Below the pieces are notes generated by a model. The model was not told where the DNA came from. It ran no database searches and worked only from the letters and a program-made list of their open reading frames with translations. Position numbers and translations under genes: made by a program. A stretch of DNA of 64,000 bases from an uncultured Christensenella sp. (GTDB lineage: Bacteria; Bacillota; Clostridia; Christensenellales; UBA1242): contig CASGDZ010000001.1 in the NCBI GenBank assembly GCA_949300385.1, forward strand, positions 6,152-70,151. The letters run 5' to 3'. Below are positions 29,018 to 40,146 of the stretch, one piece after another (the first letter of the stretch is position 1; every line of letters starts with the position of its first letter).

Positions 29018-29752
29018 ATGCAGTATTTATATTATGTGCTTTTAGCAGTAATAAGTTATTTTATTGGCAATGTGAACTTTGCTCGTGTTATTTCACACGC
29101 AAAACATGGAGATATTACAAAATCGGGTAGTGGCAATCCGGGTACGCTCAATATGTGGCGAACATATGGTTTTTGGCCTGGGGTTTTAACTTTTATCTTA
29201 GATATGATTAAAGGCATAATACCTACACTCATTGCTTATTTGTTGTTTGATTTTATAGGTTGTAATTCTGAAATTGCAGTATATGTTGCAGGATTTAGCG
29301 TAATATTAGGTCATGTATTCCCTATTGTATCAAAATTTAAAGGTGGTAAAGGTATTGCTACTTCTATTGGCGTATTTTTAGTTGCTAATTGGTGGGTGAC
29401 ATTAATCGTTTTTCTAGTAATGATTATAGGAATGATTTTTATAAAATACGCTTCAATTTTGACCATAGGTTTTGTAATTGCAATGTCTATTGTCGAAATG
29501 TGTTTAACAAATCCTATTAATTGGGTTAATTATATATTAATTAGCGGAATATTGTTATTAGTTTTGTACGCTCATAGAAAAAATATATATCGATTATTTA
29601 CTGGGAAAGAAAATAAGACAGAATTACTCGCCATGTTAAAAGGTATAGCAAGCCACAAAACAAAAAATAATAATCAACCCTTAGATAACGCTGATTTAAA
29701 CAACGAAAAGGATAATCAAAATAACGAGAATAAAAGCACAACTCAGGAATAA
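29018..29752 (+). CDS. plsY: Glycerol-3-phosphate acyltransferase PlsY
   Basis: GSGNPG, D..KG, GHVFP, FKGGKGIAT and HRKNI motifs. Confidence 0.95.
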   Translation: MQYLYYVLLAVISYFIGNVNFARVISHAKHGDITKSGSGNPGTLNMWRTYGFWPGVLTFILDMIKGIIPTLIAYLLFDFIGCNSEIAVYVAGFSVILGHVFPIVSKFKGGKGIATSIGVFLVANWWVTLIVFLVMIIGMIFIKYASILTIGFVIAMSIVEMCLTNPINWVNYILISGILLLVLYAHRKNIYRLFTGKENKTELLAMLKGIASHKTKNNNQPLDNADLNNEKDNQNNENKSTTQE

Positions 29753-29754
29753 AA

Positions 29755-30528
29755 ATGATTGATTCGCATTGTCATTTAAATGACTTACAATATAAAGACG
29801 ACTTAAAATTTGTCGTCAATAATTTTTTATCTTACGGAATAGAAAAAGCAATATGCGTCGGTTGGGATTATGAATTTAGCCTGAAAGCAAAAGAAATTGC
29901 CAACACATATCCGTGTGTGTATTATTCAATAGGAGTACATCCAGACGATTGTGCGAACTATAACGAAAAAGAGATAGAAGAATTAATAAAGTCTAGCATA
30001 TTAGATAAAAATTCTAAACTTGTAGCAATAGGGGAGATAGGACTAGATTATTTTCATAATGAACAGAATAAAGACGAGCAAAAACGCGTATTTATATCGC
30101 AAATTGAACTTGCAAAAAAATACAATCTACCAATAATTATTCATTGTAGGGACGCATATGGTGACACTTTGGATATTTTAAAGCAATGTTCATCATATCT
30201 TACAAAAGTCGTATTCCATTGCTATAGTGGAAGCCTAGAATATGCAAAAGTTTTGATAAAAATGGGTATTAAAATTTCTTTTACAGGCACTGTTACATAT
30301 AAAAATGCAGTAAATATTCAAAATGTTGCAAAAAATATACCACTTGATAGCATGTTTTTTGAGACTGATAGTCCATACTTGACTCCTGTTCCTAATCGGG
30401 GTAAAAGGAATGAGCCAAAAAATGTGGCAGATATAATAAAGTTTGTGGCAGATTTACGCGGAATTAGCGCAGATGAATTGATAGCAATAAGCGACAAAAA
30501 TGCCAAAGAATTTTTTAAACTTGATTAA
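29755..30528 (+). CDS. tatD: TatD family hydrolase
   Basis: DSHCH, GEIGLD and ETDSPYL motifs. Confidence 0.94.
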   Translation: MIDSHCHLNDLQYKDDLKFVVNNFLSYGIEKAICVGWDYEFSLKAKEIANTYPCVYYSIGVHPDDCANYNEKEIEELIKSSILDKNSKLVAIGEIGLDYFHNEQNKDEQKRVFISQIELAKKYNLPIIIHCRDAYGDTLDILKQCSSYLTKVVFHCYSGSLEYAKVLIKMGIKISFTGTVTYKNAVNIQNVAKNIPLDSMFFETDSPYLTPVPNRGKRNEPKNVADIIKFVADLRGISADELIAISDKNAKEFFKLD

Positions 30529-30667
30529 ATGTACATTACAAAAATGCAATATTTAATATATAAAAAATGATACCTAATAATGGTATCTTTTTTCTGTAAA
30601 ACAAAAAATGAAGAATGAGTCATATCTCATTCTTCACCATCCAAAATGGATGAAAGCATTTAGGTAG

Positions 30668-31008
30668 CAGTTTGGTCTATAAGCCGAGTTCTGTATTTGA
30701 CGGTCATCTATCTAGTACATAGATTGCTCTATGTATCAAGCGGTGTTTATGTCCTGGCGAGCAACCGTAACGGACATTTTACCTTGCTTCGGGTGGGGTT
30801 TACATGGACCAAGTTTGTCGCCAAACTCGCGGTGAGCTCTTGCCTCGCCTTTTCATCCTTACTAACCACTCAGGGGTATAGCGGTTATTTTCTGTTGCAC
30901 TTTCCTTCTAGTTGCCTAGACTTGCCGTTAGCAAGCACCCTGCTCTGTGAAGCTCGGACTTTCCTCAAACTGAGTTTGCACTCAACTTGCGACCATCTGA
31001 CCAAGCTG
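30668..31008 (-). ncRNA. rnpB: RNase P RNA (class A)
   Basis: Minus strand has GAGGAAAGTCC, AGTGCAACAGAAA and ACAGAACTCGGCTTAT, with P1 pairing CAGCTTGGTC / GACCAAACTG. Confidence 0.95.
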
Positions 31009-31134
31009 ACAATCATATTGTAGCATGTTTTGAAGATTTGTCAATACCAAAATTAAAATTTTTTTAATTTTTGTCAAACTATTTTACTTTACACCAAAAA
31101 TAACAAAATCATTACAATTTATTATTTTTATAGT

Positions 31135-31839
31135 TTAAGGGTCGATATTAAACTCTTTAAACTCGTTTTTTAATAGTGATATTGCTTTGCCTTCTATTCG
31201 TGATATGTAACTTCTGCTTATTTTCATAATTTTTGCCACTTCTTGTTGAGTATGTTCGACTCCGTCTATCATTCCATAACGCAGTGCTATTATTTTATAT
31301 TCACGCTCATCAAGAAGTTTTTCCATTTTTTCTTTAATTTCTTCCATGTACACCCGTTTTATAACGATTCTATCTGGGTCATCTTCTTCTTTTTGTGGTA
31401 TAATATCGCGAATTGTTAATTCGCTTCCGTCTTTGTCTGTTCCTATGCATTCATCAATGCTCATGCAAACCTTATGTTTTTTGTTTGCGCGTAGAAGCAT
31501 CAATATTTCGTTCTCAATACATCTGCTTGCATAAGTAGAGAGTTGTGAGCCCTTTTCTGCTTTAAATGAATCGATTGCTTTAATAAGTCCAATTGAACCA
31601 ACCGAAATTAAATCGTCCGCTTCTGCTGACTGACTGTACTTTTTTGCTACATGAACAACTAATCTTAAATTGTGGTTAATAAGTTTGTCACGAGCATCTT
31701 TATCTCCAGCACGCATTTTTTCAACTAAATCCTGTTCTTCATCGCGCTTTAATGGTTTAGGAAAGCATCCTGCTTCATTGACATAACCATGGAAGAACAT
31801 CAATTTTGACATGAATTGCCCTAATGATTCAAATACCAT
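31135..31839 (-). CDS. sigK: Sporulation sigma factor pro-SigK (uninterrupted)
   Basis: GYV...FPKPL pro-sequence region, HNLRLVVHVAKKY, YASRCIENEILM, ISRSYISRIE. Start at ATG 31839 after GGAG. Confidence 0.9.
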   Translation of the reverse strand: MVFESLGQFMSKLMFFHGYVNEAGCFPKPLKRDEEQDLVEKMRAGDKDARDKLINHNLRLVVHVAKKYSQSAEADDLISVGSIGLIKAIDSFKAEKGSQLSTYASRCIENEILMLLRANKKHKVCMSIDECIGTDKDGSELTIRDIIPQKEEDDPDRIVIKRVYMEEIKEKMEKLLDEREYKIIALRYGMIDGVEHTQQEVAKIMKISRSYISRIEGKAISLLKNEFKEFNIDP

Positions 31840-32042
31840 ATTTTTACTCCAATAGTTTATATGCTGAAATATGTCGCATTTTGTCTGTCCTATTGAAATA
31901 AACACGCGTATAAGATGATAAAAATTAAATTTAAAGATTATAGATTTAAAATTTTGATTCTGGATAATACTAAAAATCATGAAATGAGCGATAGTCTTCA
32001 ATTATTTTGACAATATAACTATAGTTTGATATAATTAACTTT

Positions 32043-33842
32043 ATGGAAAGACAAGACAAGATACGCAATTTTTGTATAGTGGCACATATAGACCATGGCA
32101 AGTCAACACTCGCCGACCGAATTATGGAATATACTGGGGCGGTTAGTTCGCGTGATATGGAAGATCAGTTGTTAGATAGCATGGATATTGAACGCGAAAG
32201 GGGTATTACCATTAAACTTACGCCTGCTACTATGAAATACAATTATAATGGGGAAGAATATACATTAAATTTGATAGATACACCCGGGCATGTAGATTTT
32301 TCGTATGAAGTGAGCAGATCTTTAGCGGCATGTGAGGGTGCGCTTTTAGTTGTCGACGCCAGTCAAGGCGTACAAGCACAAACCATTGCGAATGTATATT
32401 TAGCGCTTGACGCCAATTTAGAGATTATACCCGTACTTAATAAAATTGATTTGCCGAGTGCGGATATAGAAGGTACGAAAAAAGAGATTGAAGATATAAT
32501 TGGAATTCCGTGCGATAATGCGTGCGAAATCAGTGCTAAGACAGGACTTAATATAGATTCTGTTTTAAAATCAATAGTTGAATATATACCAGCACCAAAA
32601 GGCAATATTGATTCTCCGCTTAAAGCGTTGATATTTGATAGTTTTTATGATTCCTATAAAGGTGCAGTCAGTATGGTGCGTGTATTTGACGGAAGGGTCA
32701 AAGCAGGCGACGAAATCTTGTTCATGCAGACAAATAAAAGTTTTATTGTCACAGAAGTTGGCATATTCGCACCACAACAGCAACCTATAGATGAATTAAG
32801 AGCGGGAGATGTAGGATATATATGTGCTTCAATCAAGACAGTGAGCGACACAAAGGTAGGAGATACTATCACATTAAAGAATAATCCTGTAGACAAGGCA
32901 TTAGAAGGTTATAAGGAAGCGACAAGCGTAGTATTCTGTGGCATATTCCCACTCGATGGCGATAAATATCAAGAACTTAATGATGCACTAGAAAAACTAA
33001 AGTTAAATGACGCAAGTCTGCATTTCACAAAGGAAACTTCGCTGGCGTTAGGCCATGGGTTTAGATGTGGCTTCTTAGGTTTGCTCCATATGGAGATAAT
33101 AACTGAGCGATTAGAGCGCGAATTTAATTTGGAGATTATCACTACCGCGCCAAGTGTAGAATATAAAATTTACGACAATAAAGGTAAAGAATATGATGTA
33201 ACTAATCCAAGTGAAATGCCACCTATGGCAACAATCTCTAAAATGGAAGAACCTATTGTAAAAATGGAGATTATTACACCAAAAGATTATTTGGGCGGAA
33301 TAATGGATTTATGTTCGGATAGAAGGGGCATATTCCATGATATGCAATACATTGACGCAAATAGAACGCGACTGATTTATACAATGCCACTTAATGAAAT
33401 CGTCTACGACTTTTTTGACAAAATTAAGTCAATAAGTAAGGGTTACGCTAGCATGGACTATGAACTCAATGGATACCAAGAGAGCGACCTTGTAAAATTG
33501 GATATTTTGTTAAATGGCGAGATCTGTGACGCACTATCATTAATTGTCCATAAAGACAAGGCATATAATCGTGGGCGTGCACTATGCGAGAAACTTAAAA
33601 AAGTCATTCCGCGTCATTTATTTGAAATACCTATTCAAGCGGTTATAGGTGGTAAGGTAATAGCGCGTGAGACGATCTCTGCTATGCGAAAAGATGTCCT
33701 TGCTAAATGTTATGGCGGAGATGTTACGCGTAAGCGCAAACTTTTAGAAAAACAGAAAGAAGGGAAAAAACGCATGCGTAGGTTAGGAAGTGTCGAATTG
33801 CCTAGTGAAGCATTTGTAACTATATTAAAACTTGATGATTAA
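32043..33842 (+). CDS. lepA: Elongation factor 4
   Basis: [28 protein letters not shown] and KCYGGD motifs. Confidence 0.98.
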   Translation: MERQDKIRNFCIVAHIDHGKSTLADRIMEYTGAVSSRDMEDQLLDSMDIERERGITIKLTPATMKYNYNGEEYTLNLIDTPGHVDFSYEVSRSLAACEGALLVVDASQGVQAQTIANVYLALDANLEIIPVLNKIDLPSADIEGTKKEIEDIIGIPCDNACEISAKTGLNIDSVLKSIVEYIPAPKGNIDSPLKALIFDSFYDSYKGAVSMVRVFDGRVKAGDEILFMQTNKSFIVTEVGIFAPQQQPIDELRAGDVGYICASIKTVSDTKVGDTITLKNNPVDKALEGYKEATSVVFCGIFPLDGDKYQELNDALEKLKLNDASLHFTKETSLALGHGFRCGFLGLLHMEIITERLEREFNLEIITTAPSVEYKIYDNKGKEYDVTNPSEMPPMATISKMEEPIVKMEIITPKDYLGGIMDLCSDRRGIFHDMQYIDANRTRLIYTMPLNEIVYDFFDKIKSISKGYASMDYELNGYQESDLVKLDILLNGEICDALSLIVHKDKAYNRGRALCEKLKKVIPRHLFEIPIQAVIGGKVIARETISAMRKDVLAKCYGGDVTRKRKLLEKQKEGKKRMRRLGSVELPSEAFVTILKLDD

Positions 33843-33923
33843 TCAAAATAATTAAAATGTCAAAGTGCGATTAAATCCAATCAGCCCTTTGACTTTTTCA
33901 ATAATAGAAATATAATAAGAGTA

Positions 33924-35057
33924 GTGAACAATTTAGGTTTATACATACACATACCATTCTGTTTGTCAAAGTGCGATTATTGCGACTTTGTATCTTTTTG
34001 CATGAATGAAAGTGAGCAACGAAAATATCTCGACGCGTTAAAGACGGAAGTTGAATTGCGCGCTATTGAATTTAAAGATAAAGTTTTTGATAGTATTTTC
34101 ATAGGTGGTGGGACGCCTACTGCTGTATTTAACGGCTTTTTATCTGAATTGATGAATAAAGTTTACGATTGTTTCAATTTTTCTCGTCAAACTGAATTTA
34201 CTATTGAGGTTAATCCTTCATCCTTTAATGAAACAAAACTAAATGAATTCAAATCAATAAAAGTTAATCGAATTAGCATGGGCGTGCAATCTTTAGATGA
34301 TGACCTTTTGAAATTTATTTCTCGTAAACAATGTAGGAGTGATGTCGAAAAGGCTGTAGATATTTTACAAAAATCAAATTTTGATAACATAAGTGCAGAT
34401 GTTATGCTTGGTCTACCTAAGCAAACCATTAAATCTATAGATGAAACTATTGAATTTTTAATCAACAATAAATTTAAACATTTATCAGTATATACTCTGC
34501 AAATCGAAGAGAAAACACCATTATTTCAAAAAATGCAATCAGGAACTTTAAAAGCACTAGATGACGATATTATCGCTAACATGTATAATCATGTATATAA
34601 AAAGCTAAAGAAATCAGGATATATTCGCTATGAACTTTCAAACTTTGCGCTACCAGGATATGAATGTAGGCATAATATTAAATATTGGGACGATACTCAA
34701 TATTTGGGCTTAGGATTGTCCGCTCATAGTTATATTGACGGAGTGAGATTTTGGAATACAAGCAATTTTAGTAAATATATTGCACTATTAAATTCACAAA
34801 AACTTGCTATTGAAAATAGTGAGATACTAGATATGCCCACTAAACGAACAGAAAAAATAATGCTTTCATTACGAAGAGAAGACGGATTAAATTTAAAAAA
34901 TTTTGAAAAGGAATTCAATGAAAATTTGTTAATGAGTCATGCCGATGCTATAAAAAATCTTGAAGAAATGGGATTAATTGAAATAAAAAATGACTATTTA
35001 AAAATTAAGGAAGATAAATTCGAGTTATTAAATTCAATAATATTAGAATTACTATAA
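33924..35057 (+). CDS. hemW: Radical SAM heme chaperone HemW
   Basis: YIHIPFC...CDYCDF and GGGTP; located between lepA and hrcA. Confidence 0.92.
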   Translation: MNNLGLYIHIPFCLSKCDYCDFVSFCMNESEQRKYLDALKTEVELRAIEFKDKVFDSIFIGGGTPTAVFNGFLSELMNKVYDCFNFSRQTEFTIEVNPSSFNETKLNEFKSIKVNRISMGVQSLDDDLLKFISRKQCRSDVEKAVDILQKSNFDNISADVMLGLPKQTIKSIDETIEFLINNKFKHLSVYTLQIEEKTPLFQKMQSGTLKALDDDIIANMYNHVYKKLKKSGYIRYELSNFALPGYECRHNIKYWDDTQYLGLGLSAHSYIDGVRFWNTSNFSKYIALLNSQKLAIENSEILDMPTKRTEKIMLSLRREDGLNLKNFEKEFNENLLMSHADAIKNLEEMGLIEIKNDYLKIKEDKFELLNSIILELL

Positions 35058-35180
35058 AATTTTATAAAAATATATTGACAAAATTAAAATAAGTATTAAT
35101 ATATATTATACGAAATTTTAAATGACCGAAAAGAAAATGTATCGGTCATTTTATAATCTAAAAATATAAATGGAGGGAAA

Positions 35181-35591
35181 ATGAATATATTTGATAGGAT
35201 TAGTGCTAAAAATTTTGCCACAGAGTTAAAAGATAAAGGATTGATAGCAAAGAAAGTTTATAGCAATATATTAAATAGTTTTAATAATTATAAACATCTA
35301 TCAACATTTTATAGGGACTTAATTATCGAAAATAACATTGCATATAAAGATTTGCTAGAATACAACCCTAGATTGTACATTAAATTGGTAAAAGATATTT
35401 GTCTTGATCGTAATGAATATTTAATTCAAATTCGTGACATCGATTTACAAATGTATTATTCAATTATAAATAATCTAACAACAACAGAAATAGATAATTT
35501 GACAGATAAAGTTAGACGAAAAGTTGTAAAAGATATACGCAAAGTAAATAATTCAAATAGTGAAATGAAATCTACAATTAAAAATACTTAA
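35181..35591 (+). CDS. Hypothetical protein
   Basis: 136 aa with GGAGG RBS. Confidence 0.65.
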   Translation: MNIFDRISAKNFATELKDKGLIAKKVYSNILNSFNNYKHLSTFYRDLIIENNIAYKDLLEYNPRLYIKLVKDICLDRNEYLIQIRDIDLQMYYSIINNLTTTEIDNLTDKVRRKVVKDIRKVNNSNSEMKSTIKNT

Positions 35592-35890
35592 AATGGCATT
35601 TATTAATCAATGTCATTTTTTTATTTTAAATTTATAGTTTGAATAATAAATAATCTAACTATTAATCTAATAAGTAAATATATAATCAATTAGATTAAAT
35701 TATAACATATTTACAATATATTATAGTCATTATGTATAATAATATATTTTCTATTGGAGTATATACTTATTTTAAGTGTATATTGATAATAAAAATAGTG
35801 CTATTATTTTAAAAATTAAAGTAAATAAAGGAATTATCCAGAAATTATTTTTATAAATTTAAAAAAATTAAAAAAAATTTGCAATTTTAG

Positions 35891-35950
35891 TTGACTTTTG
35901 TTAGCAGTCTGCATAGAATATAGTTAGCAATCTAAATAAAAGAGTGCTAA
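35891..35950 (+). promoter_or_regulatory. SigA promoter plus CIRCE operator
   Basis: TTGACT(35891)-17-TAGAAT(35914); TTAGCAATC-N9-GAGTGCTAA at 35924-35950 upstream of hrcA. Confidence 0.92.
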
Positions 35951-35972
35951 AAATATATTAAAAGGAAGAAAA

Positions 35973-37016
35973 GTGAACATTGACGATAAGAACAAACGCA
36001 AGCATGATATTTTAATCTATGCGGTTGATGAATATATAAAAACTGCGCAACCGGTTACAAGTGGTGGGCTTAATAATCATTTTAAAGATATAAGTTCAGC
36101 GACTATTAGAAATGAACTTAATGCTTTGGAGAGTATGGGATATTTAAAACAACTTCACACTTCAGGCGGGCGAGTTCCGACAGCGCTTGCTTATAAAGAA
36201 TATGTAAATTCGTTGTTGGCAGACGATAAACTAGATTATGAGTCAATCAAGCAAGTGGTAACATCATATGAAGACCGCTCAGTTAGTCTTATAAGTACAT
36301 TATCAGCATTGGCTAAGCGATTAAGTCGTGTAACTAATTGTCCAACCGTTCTAGTACAGCATGGCTTGCAAAATTTGACCATCGAAAACATTCAGATTAT
36401 TCCGCTAATAAACAAAGACGCTTTATTATTGGTTGAAACGAATGCGGGGATAATTGACGATAGCATGTCGCTTGATAGCAACATAGATAGGCGCGCGTGC
36501 CAAGAAGCGAGCGATTATCTTATAAAGCACTTTAAAGGTAAAACGATTGAATACATGATAGATAATATCAATTCAGTTTGTTTAAAAGCTGGCGGACAGA
36601 TAATCAAATTTAAAGAGTTGATAGATAGTGTAGCGGGTGCTTTAGTTGAAGTTATTCAAACGAGATGTGATGTATCTAACGAAAATCCTACAAAATTGCT
36701 AGCAGGATTGGATAGATCAGATATAGACGATGCTAAAAATGTGTTGGAATTTTTAGAGAATGCTGATAATGTAATAGATGTAGTCACTAACGAAAATGAA
36801 GGAGAACTCAATTTCACAATCGGAGAAGCGGGCGAAAATAGCAAACTAAAAGGTGGTATGATGATGAGTGCACCTATCGTTATAAATGGTGTTCCAATAG
36901 CAAGTTTAGCCCTTGTAGGTCCTAAACGAATTGATTATGCCAATGTTGCAGCAGCGCTAAAGTTTATTGTCAATCAAATAGATAATCAGAAAGGAGGCGG
37001 AAGTGAAAAAACATAA
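35973..37016 (+). CDS. hrcA: Heat-inducible transcription repressor
   Basis: SSATIRNEL..LE..GYL.Q.HTSGGRVPT and VGPKRIDY motifs. Confidence 0.95.
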   Translation: MNIDDKNKRKHDILIYAVDEYIKTAQPVTSGGLNNHFKDISSATIRNELNALESMGYLKQLHTSGGRVPTALAYKEYVNSLLADDKLDYESIKQVVTSYEDRSVSLISTLSALAKRLSRVTNCPTVLVQHGLQNLTIENIQIIPLINKDALLLVETNAGIIDDSMSLDSNIDRRACQEASDYLIKHFKGKTIEYMIDNINSVCLKAGGQIIKFKELIDSVAGALVEVIQTRCDVSNENPTKLLAGLDRSDIDDAKNVLEFLENADNVIDVVTNENEGELNFTIGEAGENSKLKGGMMMSAPIVINGVPIASLALVGPKRIDYANVAAALKFIVNQIDNQKGGGSEKT

Positions 37017-37662
37017 AGATACTGAGCAAGATTGCAATTGCAAAAACGAATGTGGTTGCAAAGACGAATGCAAATGTGAAAACGAATCTACTTATCAAAG
37101 CGAATGTAATTGCGAAAGTGATTGCCATTGTGGAGGCGATTGCAACTGCGATAATTGTGAATGTGACAAAGACGAACAAAATTGCACATGCCACGAAGAT
37201 AAAACAAAAGATCATGAGCAATCAGATAGCGAGAGTCAATCAGACAGCGACGCAAAATCTAATGACTATTTAACAGATTTGATGAGATTGCAAGCCGAAT
37301 TCGACAATTATCGAAAACGAATGCAGAGTGCTTTATCCGACTCCCGAACGGACGGATTTATAGACGCGATTGAGCAGTTCCTTCCCGCACTTGATAGTTT
37401 CAAAATGGCGACCGATATGATAACAGACAAAAATACACTTATGGGTATTAAATTCATAGAGAAAGGTATTTTGGATACATTAAGGAAAATGGGGGTAGAA
37501 CCTATTGATTGCACTGGAAAGTTCGATCCAGAATTGCATCAGGCGATAGACACTGATAACTCAGCAGATGTCGAGTTAGGCATGATCGTAAAGGAGGCGT
37601 ATAAAGGTTTCACATATAAAGGGAAAGTTATTCGCTACGCACAAGTTATAGTTAAAAAGTAG
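37003..37662 (+). CDS. grpE: Nucleotide exchange factor GrpE with a Cys-rich N-terminus
   Basis: RLQAEFDNYRKR, FDPELHQA and GKVIRYAQVIV motifs. Confidence 0.95.
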   Translation: MKKHKDTEQDCNCKNECGCKDECKCENESTYQSECNCESDCHCGGDCNCDNCECDKDEQNCTCHEDKTKDHEQSDSESQSDSDAKSNDYLTDLMRLQAEFDNYRKRMQSALSDSRTDGFIDAIEQFLPALDSFKMATDMITDKNTLMGIKFIEKGILDTLRKMGVEPIDCTGKFDPELHQAIDTDNSADVELGMIVKEAYKGFTYKGKVIRYAQVIVKK

Positions 37663-37668
37663 GTCAAA

Positions 37669-38301
37669 ATGGTAGAGAGCATTAAAACATTTTGGAAATC
37701 TAATGAACTAAAACAAAATACGCATTTACTGATATTTGAAAATGGCTGTATTGTGATTGACGCAGGGTGTCCAATAAGTGAGATAAAAAGTGTATGCGAT
37801 AAGCCGATAGTGGCATGTTTCATAACACACGGACATTATGACCATATAAAGCATATTGAAGAGTATGACAAATTAAATATTCCGATATATGCAAATAAAA
37901 ATATAGTCTGTTTGTTAGAATCTCCATGGCTTAATACAAGTGAGATTTTCGCTAAACCTACGAAATATAATGTTAACAATTTATATTTTGTTGATGACGG
38001 CGATGAGATTGATGTATTAGGCAAGACGATTAAATGTTACTATACACCGGGACATTCATTTGATAGCATGTGCTACTTATGTGATGGCAATTTGTTCTCT
38101 GGCGACACACTATTCTCAGTCGCAATTGGTAGAGTTGATTTACCAACAGCGAATGTAGAGCAGATGATGACTAGTCTAAGCAAATTAAACAATATAAAAT
38201 ATTCGACGATGTATACGGGACATTGGCGAACAAGCACAAAACAAGAGCAAAATTCAAATATAGCATACTATAAAAACATATTACAAAAAGAATTAAATTA
38301 A
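37669..38301 (+). CDS. Metallo-beta-lactamase fold hydrolase (glyoxalase II-like)
   Basis: THGHYDH, TPGH and SGDTLF motifs. Confidence 0.9.
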   Translation: MVESIKTFWKSNELKQNTHLLIFENGCIVIDAGCPISEIKSVCDKPIVACFITHGHYDHIKHIEEYDKLNIPIYANKNIVCLLESPWLNTSEIFAKPTKYNVNNLYFVDDGDEIDVLGKTIKCYYTPGHSFDSMCYLCDGNLFSGDTLFSVAIGRVDLPTANVEQMMTSLSKLNNIKYSTMYTGHWRTSTKQEQNSNIAYYKNILQKELN

Positions 38302-38320
38302 ATAAAAAGGAGTAAAAATT

Positions 38321-40138
38321 ATGTCAAAAATTATTGGTATTGATTTAGGTACAACTAATAGTTGTGTAGCTGTTATGGAAGGTGGTCAACCTACTGTTAT
38401 CCCTAATAGCGAAGGTGGAAGAACTACACCTAGTGTAGTTGGATTTAAAGATGGAGAACGCTTGATAGGTCAAGTGGCTAAGCGTCAAGCAGTCGCTAAC
38501 CCAGAAAAGACTGTTATATCAATTAAGCGTGAAATGGGTACTCACTATAAGGTTAATATTGATAGTAAATCATATAGCCCAGAAGAGATCAGTGCTATGA
38601 TTTTATCAAAATTAAAACAAGACGCGGAAGCATATCTTGGTCAAAAGGTAACACAAGCAGTTATCACTGTCCCTGCATACTTTAACGATTCACAGCGTCA
38701 AGCAACTAAGAATGCAGGTAAAATTGCAGGACTTGAGGTTCTTCGTATAATCAACGAACCAACAGCAGCAGCACTTGCATACGGACTTGATAAACAAGAT
38801 AGAAAAAATCAAAAGATTCTAGTATACGATTTGGGTGGCGGCACATTCGATGTATCAATTCTTGAAATAGGTGACGGTGTATTTGAAGTATTGTCTACTA
38901 ATGGTAATACTCGTCTAGGTGGCGATGACTTTGATAATCGTATTATGGACCTTTTAATTTCAGAGTTTAAGAAAGAAACAGGTATTGATTTATCAAATGA
39001 TAGATTAGCAAAACAGCGTTTAAAAGAAGCAAGTGAGAAGGCAAAAATCGAATTAAGCACATTATCTCAAACAACAATTAGTTTGCCATTCATCACAGCA
39101 GACGCAACTGGTCCTAAACACCTTGAATATACTTTAACTCGTGCGAAATTTGAGAACATGATTGCCGATCTTGTAGAGCAAACACTTGTATGTACTCGTA
39201 ATGCATTAAAGGACGCAGGACTTAGCAAGAATGATATTTCAAATGTAGTATTGGTTGGTGGTTCAACTCGTGTACCATGTGTTGTAGATGCGCTTTCTAA
39301 AGAAATCCCTGTTACACCATTTAAAGGTATCAACCCTGACGAATGCGTTGCAATCGGTGCTGCAATTCAAGCAGGAGTATTAGGCGGAGAAGTTAAAGAT
39401 GTATTGCTTCTTGATGTAACTCCATTGTCATTAGGTATTGAAACTTTGGGTGGAGTATGCACAAAACTTATTCCAAGAAATACTACAATCCCTACTAAGA
39501 AATCTCAAATATTTAGTACTGCACAAGACAATCAACCAGGTGTTGAAATCAATGTATTACAAGGTGAGCGTGAGTTTGCCGCACAAAATAAATCACTCGG
39601 TAGATTCCAACTAACAGGTATTCCACCAGCTCCAAGAGGTGTTCCACAAATTGAAGTTACATTTGATATAGACGCAAATGGTATCGTAAATGTTAGCGCT
39701 AAAGACTTAGGCACAAATAAAGAGCAAAAAATCACTATTACTGCTAGCACAAATCTAAGTGAAGATGAAATCAATAAAGCAGTTAAAGAAGCAGAGCAAT
39801 TTGCAGAAGAAGATAAGAAGAAGCGTGAAGTAATCGACGCTAGAAATAACCTTGATGGTATGACAATGAATATCGAAAAGGTTATGAAAGAGAATGGCGA
39901 CAAGTTAAGCGAAGAAGATAAAAAAGCGCTTACTGACGCTGTTGAAGAGGCTAAAAAGCATATCGCTAGCGAAAGCATGGATGAGATAAAGAAAGCAACA
40001 GACGATTTAACAAAAGTTTCTAACGAAGTGTTTACTAAGATGTATCAAAACATGTCTAGCCAAGCACAAACTAATGGTCAAAATCCTACAGGCGACAAGC
40101 CAAAAGATGACGGCGATCCAGAAGTTGTAGTTGAATAA
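38321..40138 (+). CDS. dnaK: Chaperone DnaK
   Basis: GIDLGTTNS and [10 protein letters not shown] motifs. Confidence 0.98.
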   Translation: MSKIIGIDLGTTNSCVAVMEGGQPTVIPNSEGGRTTPSVVGFKDGERLIGQVAKRQAVANPEKTVISIKREMGTHYKVNIDSKSYSPEEISAMILSKLKQDAEAYLGQKVTQAVITVPAYFNDSQRQATKNAGKIAGLEVLRIINEPTAAALAYGLDKQDRKNQKILVYDLGGGTFDVSILEIGDGVFEVLSTNGNTRLGGDDFDNRIMDLLISEFKKETGIDLSNDRLAKQRLKEASEKAKIELSTLSQTTISLPFITADATGPKHLEYTLTRAKFENMIADLVEQTLVCTRNALKDAGLSKNDISNVVLVGGSTRVPCVVDALSKEIPVTPFKGINPDECVAIGAAIQAGVLGGEVKDVLLLDVTPLSLGIETLGGVCTKLIPRNTTIPTKKSQIFSTAQDNQPGVEINVLQGEREFAAQNKSLGRFQLTGIPPAPRGVPQIEVTFDIDANGIVNVSAKDLGTNKEQKITITASTNLSEDEINKAVKEAEQFAEEDKKKREVIDARNNLDGMTMNIEKVMKENGDKLSEEDKKALTDAVEEAKKHIASESMDEIKKATDDLTKVSNEVFTKMYQNMSSQAQTNGQNPTGDKPKDDGDPEVVVE

Positions 40139-40146
40139 AGGTAATT

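Noticed and set aside
30697-31023. 108-aa plus-strand ORF
   Set aside because: It is antisense to the RNase P RNA.
31840-32001. N-terminal extension of the sigK ORF, and a possible skin element
   Set aside because: The RBS and homology support a start at 31839, and the sigK reading frame is continuous.
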